From the NCBI RefSeq assembly GCF_964204645.1, contig NC_134034.1:3489814-3553813 (forward strand): a stretch of 64,000 bases of DNA, written 5' to 3'. The translations under genes and the position numbers were made by a program. This document shows, one piece after another, positions 1-12,067 of this stretch; the first letter of the stretch is position 1, and the number at the start of each line of letters is the position of its first letter. The notes below the pieces were generated by a model. The model had not been told where the DNA came from. It saw only the letters and a program-made list of their open reading frames with translations, and did no database searches. The DNA is from Tubulanus polymorphus (Eukaryota > Animalia > Nemertea).

Positions 1-3000
1 AACACCGTCCCGATACAACAGAGAACTGATACATTCACCATTTACACACAGAAACCCGTTACATTTGTCCGAAGAGCAGCCGATCTCATCGGATTTATCT
101 TTGCAATCAACCAGTCCATCACATCGTTTATATTTACTCACACATTGTCCATTGTCACACGTAAATTGTGCGGAGGAACATGAAGTATGATAGCACGAGT
201 TCTCATCTGATCCGTCAGCGCAATCTCGTACAAAATCACACAAATTACTCACTGATATAACTCTCAGTCCGTCTGAACACTGGAATTTACTGTGTGAGTT
301 TATACCCGAACAATCGAGTTCGTCCTCACCGTGTTGACAGTCGTTTCTAGTGTCACATACGCGATGGTCGCTGATACATCTGTGATCGTTACATTGAAAC
401 TGCCACGATTTACATCCTCTCATAGAAGCTAGCTCTTCATTAGTAACATCATAGGAACATAGCACGGAATGCGCTACATCTGTTACATTATCGAAGGCAG
501 TCATTGACCATTTCACCGTTTTAATATATGTTATCCAATCTCTAAATACTTCTGGCTTTATTGCCATAATTTTTCCGATTGTATGATTTGTCAGTATAGC
601 GCCATATTGATGCTGATAGTGGAAAACATTTATCAAATACTGAATGTCAAAATTAGTTTTTATTTTACCTACGTCACCACCAATTTTCAGACACATTTCC
701 GTGGCTCTCAGGGTTGTTAGGCTTTGAGTGTGGAGCGTTCCCCAGGCCGTAAGTATCTGATAGCAATGCGCTTCTATATGAATCCACCCTTTTAGACACG
801 TAGAGTTGAATCGTTCGAAGTTGTTCCGTCTTATTTCAGTTGTATCGTTTTGCGAAGATGCGTTAGAGTCGTTTCTTTCTGTTTCACAAATGAATGTCGT
901 ATGCGTTTGTATGATTTGACACGGGAATCGAACCCAGTTCGCCGATCCTCGTGGATTATTCAGTATCATCGCCGTGCACGGCATATTGACGTCATTTATC
1001 GGTTGTGTTTTTAACGGAGATATCAATCCTAAAATGACATCTGGTATTGTTTCATTAACAACAGGTTTAAACCACTCTGTGTAACTTAACGGTTTACCAT
1101 CAGACCACGAGTAATAACCACTGGACTCCTTTAAAAAAGACAAACTAACCCTTTGTATACATTCAATAGTGAATATTCCTTTAGAATTATAAGAGGATTA
1201 TTTGATCATTATTTTGAAGTTTCTATGAGATGACGATTTGATAAATGGATCGTTATTTACCTGCCATTTTAATCCAATCATCACAATAAGCGCCGTCTGT
1301 GAATATGCCTCATGAAGCAGTTCTGTAGCGAACAGCTTTTTAACGACCATCATTTCATGTTGAGAGTTGATACTGAGAAGATGTCCTCCATATTTCTGTC
1401 GACAGTAATTTTCCGCGGTCTCCCAATTCATACGTTCTCGTTTGATGTATCTGATACACGAAACACCAGAATCTAGAAAATCTGATCGGCAGCCATTGAT
1501 TCGATGTTTCATTAAAGGCGATTGTTCTAAAGTGTATTGAATTTGAAATATCGGACTATAATCAGTTGACAGCTCAAAATATACGTCATACCCGAGTAGA
1601 CTGTACAACACAAGTCCAGGAACTGCGTTATTTTCACATATATTTGTTATATGACGGGTTTGCGCAAACGTAGAAAATGGATCGTTTGGATCGTCAAATA
1701 TTTTGATGATTTGTGTTAGTAATATTGATTCCCTAACGCGGTAGGAAAGAGATTTAGTGCACGATGTTTGTCCGATGAATTTAAACAGAAATCTGATATA
1801 ATGATTGATACTTTTGTCAGTAGGATTAGTAAATTCAAAGAATTTTGAAGTTGTAGCAGATGGTAATCCTGGGAAGTTCAATGATTGGACGAGTCCACAA
1901 AAATCATTATTTGCGCCCCCACCTCTAAAACCTGGACTCGATTGACCTTTCTTCAATTTCTGACATTTACGTCGTAATACAATCATTAGTGCTGACCTCC
2001 AGAATTCATATTTAGTTCGTAATGATTCCAAGTGGTTTAACACGAGACTGGTATTCAGCACGTGACTATCGAGACTTATCGCTGAACATGGATTCATTGA
2101 TCCACGATAACATCTGTCGATTTGATATTTATGATCTGAAAATACGTTTATATTTTCTATCGGTAGGCGTCGATTTTCAGGTGTGATGACGAGGCAATGT
2201 GACGTCATAGTAATGCGGCGTTCTCCTTGCCGTAGGACATACCCGTCACAGTCCGTTGGACCTAAGTTGAGGTAAGCTCCAGCTGTAACTAGTTTATCAT
2301 CCCAGTTGTATGCGTATGTTACTAAAGTCACCGGTCCTCCTGATGTAATCAGACTGACAACAGATCGACCATAGTTTCCCCAACCAGCTGGACAATACGG
2401 ACCATAACGTCTGGCTGTAAAATTACCACCATCATAGATATAAAATCCAGCTCTCTCGCAATTCTCTGATAAAACGTTTAGCACTAGTTTATCCTCATAG
2501 ATGGCGACCTTCGAGTTGAGTGCAAATCTGATTATACGGTATTGTAATTTTGGTTTCGAATATCTGGGGATGATACCAGAATATGCCACTTTATGACGGT
2601 ATGATATCTACAAAAGATGCAAACGTGAAACAAATCATCAATATTTCATGAATATATGATACCTTATTCAACTGTACCGACTTTGCCGTGAAATTGTTAA
2701 CGATTTCCATGTTTGATAGTTTCGATAACGATATAACGACTTCAGTGATCAATCATCGTAATAAAAACAAACGCAAATCATTACGATAAAATCACGACAT
2801 ATTTTAATGCTTTTTACTCACTTTTTTGTTTTCAATTTTGACGTCTGTTTCCCTTAATGATTCTATTTTGTAGTCGATCAACGTTGAATTTCTAATCGAT
2901 TTCCCGACCGAATTCTCTGATAACAGTAAACACAATATCACGAGAAGTCCGTTAGATTCTACATTTAAAGATTCCAGGTAGTTTTTACCGAGTAAAATAT

Positions 3001-4054
3001 CAGTTCCGACAACTGTTAAACCTTCCAGTTTATAAACACCAATGACGTCACCGGAAATGACGATATCACGTGTCCAGTTGAAGACGACGTACTGCAGTAT
3101 TTCAGTTGTAATACACCAGCAGTATAAGCGTTTAGACTGAGTTATTACGTGCGGCTTAATACCAGGAATGAGCACTCCGGATTCGTTTTTATAGATCGGA
3201 ATCGATGGATTAGAAATATTCCAATCTGATATTCTGTACAATTTTACTGATAAATTAGTTTTGAGAGATAAACCGGGCTGTTTTGTTGAAAAATTAATGA
3301 AAGCTTTGTTAGTTTTCGTGTAAATAGAGATGGGCGGATGTCCGGTTTGTTCTTGTATATTCAGTATAGGTTCACTCGTGTTCCATCCGTCATAAATCTG
3401 AACGGTCGTATGTAAACCTGGTTTCTTTAATCTAAAATCTATTTTCTCAAAAGTCAAATTCATGCCAAAACCCTCTGGTATCGCGGACCACTCGAGCTGG
3501 AGGAGGCGACAATAGCTATCCATATCGATGGCAAATTTGTAACCAGTTTTAAAAGTTTGTAATCGTTTTATTTTGTACGACCTACAGTCGTGAACAGTTT
3601 TCAGATGATCGCGTTCTTCTTCCAAACGATAATATACATAAACTCGACTTCCTTTCACAACATCATTTACATCACTCTTAAACATCAACGATAATGAATT
3701 ACTGCGGTAAATATCTAATTGTTTTCCACCGCCGCACAGTAAGTTATCAGAATCGCTGATGTGAAGATAGTTATCTCTACAGAATAAAGACGGCTCGATG
3801 TCGTAGTAAACTTGGATATGGAAGGTACCCGGTAAAGAGCTGTTGATGAACCAATGGCATTCAACACCGCGCTTAAACGAAGGATAATTCGGTGAAAGGA
3901 TGTAACCGGACGTAGAACCGAGTGAAAACCACGTATTGTTACACTGTGAACTGACAGTTACAGACGGTTGATCGGTAGAGATCCAATCAGTCGTCTGAAC
4001 CGTCGACAGTTTCACTAGTAGAACGAGTAATAACGTCAAGAGACAGCGCGTCAT
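1..4054 (-). CDS. 5' part of a large receptor: signal peptide, CUB domains, C-type lectin domain(s), LDL-A repeats (GRL101-like / LGR type C candidate). Exons 4054-2822, 2607-1261, 1128-<1; continues beyond the left edge
   Basis: ATG at 4054 (MTRCLLTLLLVLL signal peptide). CUB motif GYILSPNYPS...CHWFI. Phase-0 GT-AG junctions (AAA|gtgagt, tag|ATA, CAG|gtaaat, aag|GAG) keep the frame. CTLD (WETAENYCRQKYGGHLLSI...MIGLKWQ|ESSGYYSWSDG). Three complete LDL-A repeats (CQHGEDELDC, CADGSDENSC, CKDKSDEIGC) plus a partial fourth. No LRR or 7TM in the window, so GRL101 is inference. Confidence 0.85.
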
Positions 4055-4429
4055 GGTGACGTTCTCCTCGATCAGTCTAACTGTAACCCCAGTGAGGAGA
4101 TTCCAATCCAATTAGAGTTAGGCGTTTCCCGGTGAATATAGGGATGAGATGGATTACACAGCGCTCGTTAAAAAGATACTCTATACTCTACGAAACTGAA
4201 TTAATGATGAACTAGAGTTGAACAAAATGTGAAAAAGTAACTCGATATTTAATGCTGAGTCAGTTTAATGAAACAGTATTTCAAAACGGTATCTCTTCAC
4301 TAAAGAAGTGATAATTTCGAAATGTTCTGTTAGTACGGTATTATAGTATGTCCACATTTTATTACACGTATCAATGAGTTTTCGCAATAAAATAAGGCAA
4401 TTTTCTTGAACAGAAAATCTTTGCGTAAT

Positions 4430-6460
4430 AGATCACATTTGAAAAATTATTTGAATTACAAACGTACCTTGTCTCGTTCACCCAAATATGCCGAGAAAAA
4501 GTATTATGAGACTAAATCGCTAGCAAACCCGATATGAAAAAAAATGGAATATCATAAACAGTCTGCTTGGAAAATCGTCCAATGATCGGATCAGATTACC
4601 TTGCTCTTTCAAAAGGAACGGTATCATTGTTGATGGCTACGAAAATATCGCTAATGAATTTAATTCATTCTTTGTAAATGTTGGTAGCAACCTAGCCAAT
4701 CAAATACCAGATACAGGTGTCCACTTCAGTGAATATCTGTCAGATCCAGTAAATGAAAACTTTTTCTTTTTCCCGACCCACCCTCTGATGAAATTAGTCA
4801 GATTGTAAATGATTTCTCACCCAGCGAAGGCGCTGGTGCTGATGGTATCTCTGTAGAAGTAGAACCGGTGAACTGAAGGTAGCGCGTCCACTGTATAGCT
4901 GGCAATAGTGACTTTTTTGATAATTACAGACCGATATCCGTTCTGCCTTGCTTTTCTAAAATTCTCGCAAAGATAGTGTATAATCGATTAACAGAATATT
5001 GTAACAAGTTTCATATCATTCAACCAAACCTGTTTGGCTTTCGAAAAAACTATCCAACTGCCATGGCCTTAACCTTGATAAGTGACGAAATTTCACTAAA
5101 TTTAGAAGAAAACAAATTAACTATTAGGGTATTCTTAGATTTATCAAAAGCCTTCGACACCGTTGATCACGAAATGCTATTAAGAAAATTATGTTTTTAT
5201 GGGATAAGATGCGTCTCGAACAACTGGTTTGAAAACTATTTGAAGAATAGAAAACAATTCGTTCAAATTCAAAATTACAAATCCTCGTTATGTACTGTTA
5301 AAACTGGAGTACTCCAAGGCTCGATTTTAGGTCCCTTGCTTTTTTTTATTATATGTGAATGACTGTATTAAATTTTCTAATGTATTAAAACTTGTATTGT
5401 TTGCTGATGAAACGTTTATAGTGGCATTAATTTAGACAGATTAGTACGTACAGTAAACATTGAATTATCAAAATTGTACACCTGGTTTCAAACAAACAGA
5501 TTGTAATTAAATGTAAAGAAGATGTCATTCAGTAAACTCTTGATTGAAACATATAACTTAAGAATATCAATTAATAACATAGAGATTGAACAAGTCAATG
5601 TCACAAATTTTCTTGGAGTTCTTATTCACAGAAATCTAACCTGGGACGATCAAATAAGATCAATTGAAAAAAAAGTTTCTCGAAGCATTTGTATAATAAA
5701 TTGAGTAGAATATAAGCTGCCAGTGAGTTCTCTTCGTACCCTTTATTTGTCGCTATCGATCCTTACCTCCAGTATTGTAACTTAGTTTGGGGACGAAATT
5801 TAGAAATTATAAACTTCAGCCATTGATTGTATTGCAAAAAGAGTTATTAGGCTAATTTCTAATTCCTATTATTTGGCGCACACTGACCCTATATTCAAAC
5901 GGTTAAATATCCTCGTGCTCAAAGATATTAATAAACTTCAGCTAGGTACTTTTATCTACAGATTTGTCCACTCTGAATTACCGAAATCATTCGAAAATTA
6001 TTGGAGCCAAAATTTTCAAATCCACAGTCATAATACTCGGCGACGTCAAGATTTACAAACACTTTCTTACAATAGTCAAAGAAGAAAATTTTCAGTAAAA
6101 GTATCCGGCCCTTTACTTTGGAATAACATCAGTGAAAATCTAAAAGACCTGGAAAATTCTAAACTGTTCCTGGGAAATCATAGAAAGCAACTTTGTGCTT
6201 GATTACATTATAAAGTTATCCTCTAATTCAAACTAAATTTATAGTTATTGAAACATAACAGAAAAACAACTGGCTTATTAAATGATTACATCTTAATCAA
6301 GCTGTAATCATAGTTTACTATGTGTGCATTTTGTGTGTTTAAGGGTTGACTGCGAGCATATTTTCTTCTTTATTGCATTTCTCTTTTCTTCTCCTTCACT
6401 TTTCTCTTTTGAGGGAACTGTTTTATATAAACTATTTCTTAGTTTCTACAGGCCCCTAGA
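4430..6460 (+). mobile_element. Degenerate 5'-truncated non-LTR retrotransposon ORF2 (reverse transcriptase), CR1/L2-group (Crack-like)
   Basis: Frameshifted ORF fragments carry RT motifs NYRPISVLP, FGFRK, FLDLSKAFDTVDH, GVLQGSILGPLLF, LFADE, FLGV and C-terminal HTDPIF...HNTR...GPLLWN; multiple stops. Confidence 0.9.
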
Positions 6461-6819
6461 ACAAGCGGTCCGAAGTACAAAATATCGATCGAGGGCCAAC
6501 TGACGTCCAATATGGCGCCGGTGGAATTCGGGTGCATTGAAGTCTATACGGGCTAGTAGGGACTCGAATTTTATCTTCCTGCCCGTGGCGAATATACGAG
6601 TTCGTTAAGGCTCCACGCGATCAAAATCAAACAGCGAGCCAAAAACAACAAATGATTCTACCATTATCGTATGTTTATTTTGGAAACACCGAGACGACAA
6701 ATAGGAAAATAATATGGAGAATAATTTGAATTTTCTACTAAGAATTTGTAATGGTGAGAGAAGAATGCAAAGCTATGGAGAAAATGGTCCATCACCACAG
6801 ACCAGATGGCGCAACAAAA

Positions 6820-7100
6820 CACTCAGTTATACGTAGTGAAAATAATTTCATTTTCAATGAACTTTGAACGGGATTTTCGGCTCCCGAATGGAAATGTTGT
6901 CATCAAATATATATATATAAGATTTACGTTGCCAATAAGTGTATGGTATAGTTTTATTAGAAATTGATTTACTAACGAGAAAAATTGACTCGAGTCTAAT
7001 TGAAATGTATGTAGATGAAATTGAAGCGCGGTAACCGAGTAAAACCACTAGCGACACCTGGCGGATCCTCGCCTGCCATACGCGGGATCCTCGAGTAGAA
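6820..7100 (-). repeat. Dispersed repeat: one 77-mer unit joined to a ~250-bp unique tail
   Basis: Reverse complement aligns by eye with 40555-40850 (ccgccaggtgtcactagtggtaactcggttacc...tacgtataactgagtgt). Confidence 0.75.
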
Positions 7101-7481
7101 GTGCCGATGACCCGTTGAGATTGAACAATTCTTGATCAGTTGGATTGATCAATTAGATATAAATTATGCCGTTGATAGAAATCAAAATGATGCGGTGAAA
7201 AATGAAAAAATTATACGCCCTGGCGCGAAAGTGACATTTATATGATGTATTATGATATCAAAACATGCATTGACCTATTTCCGATGAACACGTGAAATTC
7301 GAAGTTAGCCACAAAAGAAGGTTTTGCATCGGGATGGGGCGTAACAGTATTTACGTCGTGACATCCGAGCCGTTACCTAGAGCCCTCCTTGGCAGTGGGT
7401 GCTGCTGCATGTAATAACCGTGCTCTGCTTGTGTTTATCTTATAATTGCGAGATGAACAAAACCTCAAAAGGAAAGCGCAA

Positions 7482-10400
7482 CTATTTAGATGTTTTGCTA
7501 ATGCACCAGTTGCTCGATAGAATTAGTTTCAACGCACGTGGTCTGAACACAAAATAAGTAAATAGGAAAATATCGGAGGCTGCGTTAAAACCCAGAAATA
7601 GATACTGCATGATGACGTCATTGAATAAGTATCGCTCCACTGAATCTGAAACCCAGATCGCGGATATCAAAACCGTTAAACACACAGCCGATGTGAATTC
7701 AAATTTACTGCAGCGCCTCCTGGCGGTAGATTTCTCACAATCATCGTCTGGAGAGGGAGTTGTGAGGATATTTTTCAAGATGGCCACGAAGCAGGCGAAA
7801 TTGATGATTACGGTTGCCGCAAGGGGCGCTATCAGCGCGAACAGATAGGCGTTTCGGTCGCTGATCCAACAAGCTTTAGGATGCGTGGCGTAGAATGTTG
7901 GATAGGTTCTGAAATACAGCAACGCAAATACGGCCGTTAGAACCACGGGTACGCCGTAGGCGTAGAAAATAAAGATGGCGCCACGAGTGAATATTTTAGT
8001 CGCGTAGATACCGAGGGAATTGACCCAGAAGAAGACAACCAACCAAGCGCAGTGATTACAGATAGAAATGGCGATGCAGGCCGCGTTTCCCCATTCAGGG
8101 GCGAAATAAGACATGAGAAGCAAACCCTGAGCCGCCAATAGAGCGATAGCTATGTTTATAATGAATAAGGATAGGCCATCGGAACGGAGATGCGCGTGCG
8201 CCGTATAAATTATCAGGGTGACCAAAAGCAACGCGAGGGATATTGAAATAATGAGAATCTTCTGAAAATGTGTTACTCTCAGACGAGTGGTTTCCGAAGC
8301 GCAAATATGAACCTCGTAGCTGGTTGAATCTACGTAGTACGTTGGGTATTTGACATCTACGTCGCTTTTCAAACTGATGGTCTCATCCGTATTGAATTGA
8401 ACGTCCGCTAGGGGCGCTGTATTGATCGAGCACGCTTCGAAACGCGCTTCGATCGGGTTACAGAACCGAAGGGTGATTATATGATCTGTGACGTTGCCGA
8501 ATAGACGAATCGACGACCAACGATCAAGCCCCGCGGCCCCGGCGGCTGACGAGACTCTCTCCAGATAATCGTCAGTTACGTTCATTTCACTTTTGCGGCC
8601 AAAGTCGCACGTGAAATCGCCGCCGATCAGAGACAGGTCGAATTTCATTGCGATCGCGTGGAACTCCCCGAAACGTTTCTCCTGTCTGAGAGACAACGCG
8701 AACGTTTTCAACACGTCGAAAGCCGCCACGTCAGTCGCCATTGTAACGTTTAGATAGTAAATCGAATCCCAATCGACCGTCTTCTGTTGTATGCTGTGGC
8801 CGTTATCGGGGTAGAAGTACGTGCTCTCGTCATAATATTCGGGGGTCTTAACAGCAAGAGAAACATTTTCGTAAGGCTGTCGTCGATCATCGCCGGATAA
8901 ACCCAACCATTCGAGGAATAGCGGAATGTGCAATTCGGCTTGCGTCTCAATGGATTTCAAATCTTCGCTGATGATAGTCATAAACGTGTAGAAGTCGTCG
9001 TGGTACACGTCGAATTCCACCGAAACGTTCGGTTTTCCATGGTTGCCGTCGCTAGGGTGGCAGTCGTCGCAAAACGGATCCGCCGTACACGAGCCGTTGT
9101 ACATCACGTGACCGTAACCGCAATGCACCGCGGCGGTGACGTCATTTTCGACGTACGTTCCAGTTCGGTTGAATCGCCGATGAAAATGAGGCTTATGGGC
9201 GTCGTATTCGATTTTGAAAAAGATAGAATCCAGTTTGGCGTCCGGTAAGGTCCCCGTGCAGACTAGCGACGTGCCGTTTTCGTTCAGTAACTCCGTTCGA
9301 TTGTACAAGCATTCGTTACAATGTACATTTCGCAGAGTCTGATACCCGTTCGTGGAGTCGATATGCAGTACAGTATCGAAATATTCGTTACAAAGCGCCG
9401 TAGATCGTGAAACCACTGCCTCGGACTTGACGGGGCAACCGACCGCCCTATCCGTGCATACTCTAACCAACGCTAAGACACCAGGGTCCCAGCGATAAGG
9501 GAATTTAGCTTTTATTTCTTCGCACGTCGGGTCCAAATGTCCTCTGATCTCGGCGAACCCGTCGGCCATATCGCCCAGTCCATTCGGACACAAGCTCGTG
9601 TCCAATTGCGCGAACGACAACTCGCCGAATCGAACTCCGTTACAGATGGCGCAGTAGGCGTTTTTGTATACGATTCCGAAGCGATCAGCGACCGGGATTG
9701 TCTCATACGTTATCGAGTAAAAGCTAGATTTTGTGGTACATAACCAATAAGACGTATCGCCGCTGGCGGCCGACGGCGGTGGACAGGAATTAACCATACC
9801 TAACGGAAAAGACGGTTGGGGTACGTCCACGCAGCCGATCTGATCGCGAACCGCGTTGTAGCGTTTGAGAAAGTCGTCGGAGTGGTTACTCGGCGCGCAG
9901 GAGGTGTTCGTTAGGTCGGCGTAGGTCAAACAGCAGTCTCCGAACAGTGTACAATACTCGTCGCAATGGCAGTAGTTGAAATCGAAGTCTGTCGAACACG
10001 TTTCGTCTGAACAAGTCGTACGTTTCGGAAAGCACGACGTAGCGTTCCGGTCCTCTGAAAAAGAAAGTTGAAAATAACCTTTTTGAGGAGGGCGATAGCA
10101 AATTGGGCTTAATTTATGAGTTTTTTCAAAACAAGAAAAGAAACAAACTAAACCAAAGCTACCAGTCGAATAAATAACATTAAGGTCAATCCGGCATCAG
10201 AGCAAAATTAGGTCAGTTGATCGAAGATGCGTAGGGCCGGACCCTAAAAATACTACCTAGAATGAAGAAGAGGTCTCCCTTAAATGTTGCCATAATTCGA
10301 TGCAATTGGGATGTATTGATTTTCGGTTATATGTATGAAATCCATTGGCCCTGAGAGACAGATTGATGATGAAATAACTAGGGATTCCCTGGACTTTTTT

Positions 10401-11184
10401 GCTTGGATAATGTGAAAACCACCTTGATGCGTAGCTACGGTGCTGGCCTATTAGCCATAAGCAGGATTTCACCTGAATTTACACGCAATATTTAACGGCC
10501 TGTTTACATCCTACCATAACTCTCCGGTATCTTACAATTGTTTCAATAATTAAACTAAACTCTCGAATTTCTTGCTTTTATTATAGGATATAGAAGATTT
10601 TGGAATACTGGTCTGAGCTCATCCAAAGATTTAAAATGACAATTTCTCCGTTCTCAGGCCACATAGCAACCGCATAAGTCCGTGGCTTTGAGGGCAATGT
10701 TAAAAAAGAACGCCGGTTTTAGCAATAATAAAGACCGCGTTTAGTTCAAGCGATTGGTTTCGTTTTCGTGTTAAAAAGAAAATTCGTCGAGATTGATTGT
10801 CATTTATTTTCCAATTGGCAAACAGCCACCAATAACGAAAATCAGCTTTTAACTGGCTAGCAGAGGATTGAGAATTGAGAATCGGGGGGGGGGGGGGGCA
10901 AAAAGACCTAGGCCCCGTTGTACATTCATTATAGAACACAGACGGCGAGCGCATTAAGCTCAAAGTCTATTATGGGTTACTCCCCAAAGAAAACTTTGAA
11001 AATCTATCATTTTCTGAGCTTATAAATCTTATCCCACGACAGAATACAGTTGGTTCGGGGTCCCTGCATCACCCTAAATCTACCCCTGCTTTGTTTGTGT
11101 TAACTTACGTGAATCTGTTGCTTCGGAGGCAGCAATCAGGCATAGGATGATAAACGGCCCGATACTGGGTCTAATCCGTGCCAT
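7482..11184 (-). CDS. Secretin-class (Methuselah/adhesion-like) GPCR with N-terminal somatomedin-B domain. Exons 11184-11109 and 10054-7482
   Basis: Exon 1 encodes signal peptide MARIRPSIGPFIILCLIAASEA, with a phase-1 C|gtaagt...ttcag|AG join. SMB motif CHCDEYCTLFGDCC; YKNAYCAICNG motif. Seven hydrophobic helices with family-B features (C..I....H...L..F.W, YGVP, CWI, FALIAP). Confidence 0.9.
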
Positions 11185-11569
11185 TTTTCTATCCGCACCC
11201 GTGGCGCCTGTGCGATGCAGTCTATTTCTGTCCGGTTCCGGTTGTACTCCCGTATAGCGAAAGATAAGTCGTCGGTTTGACGAATCGGAATGAAAAATAG
11301 ATTAACATACCACCGGTATGGAAATCCACTTGTACCTATAGGTTTAATCGGTGACCAATCAGCGAAAAGTATTTAATAATCATCATCATCATTATCATCC
11401 AGTAAACAATAAACAATGGACGATATCAATTATCAAGATTTCAATAACGAATGCGTTTTACTGTTACCGATCTAATCAAGTACTTGGTTGAGATTAATTA
11501 TAACGAGGTCGATTGTAATTCTATCTGTGGGCGTTGGCATATTCGTTGATAATGTTTACGACAATAGTT

Positions 11570-11644
11570 TCTTTACCAGCCAGTAGAAGGCCATAAACAT
11601 CAAAATTATTTTGATGTTTATGGCCTTCTACTGGCTGGTAAAGA
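11570..11644. repeat. Perfect palindrome, 37-bp arms with 1-nt spacer
   Basis: tctttaccagccagtagaaggccataaacatcaaaat-t-attttgatgtttatggccttctactggctggtaaaga. Confidence 0.95.
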
Positions 11645-11772
11645 CCGCACGATGGGTTACGTATCATGAATATCTATTTGTTCGGTTCGTACGTGTAACT
11701 ATAATTTCGAAAAATTCATTGCCTAAGACTTCGACGCTGCTGCGCTGACGACGACGAAACTTATCATCGGTG

Positions 11773-12067
11773 AATAAGATAAAAACCCACTATCGACAGA
11801 TGAAAAGAATTGAAAAACAAGAATTTATTTATTCAATCTAAAATATATATAATATACGACGTTTCGATCTCACCCTCGAGATCATCATCAGGTGATCACA
11901 CTGGTTTCACACCTGACGATGATCTCTAGGGTGAGATCGAAACGTCGTGTATTCTATATATTTTAGATTGAATAAATAAATTCTTGTTTTTCAATTCTTT
12001 TAATCTGTCGATAGTGGGTTTTTATCTTATCATCCGTTCACCACGTTTGAGTGTGATTATCGTTCTA
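11773..12067 (+). mobile_element. Penelope-like element remnant: inverted pLTR + pLTR + tail, with 12-bp TSD
   Basis: ~120-bp inverted arms (11774-11895 vs 11907-12030). Direct repeat ttatcatcggtg at 11761-11772 and 12068-12079. Hammerhead core followed by AATAAA. Confidence 0.8.
11909..11950 (+). ncRNA. Minimal hammerhead ribozyme motif (PLE-type)
   Basis: ACAC-CUGACGA-U-GAUCUC-uagggu-GAGAUC-GAAAC-GUC^-GUGU: intact core boxes, stem I (ACAC/GUGU), stem II 6 bp, palindromic ACGU stem III. Confidence 0.75.

Noticed and set aside
1-4054. LDL-A receptor as the cognate receptor for the nearby bursicon beta
   Set aside because: Bursicon signals through type B LGRs, which lack LDL-A repeats; the genes are 53 kb apart and the linkage is probably coincidental
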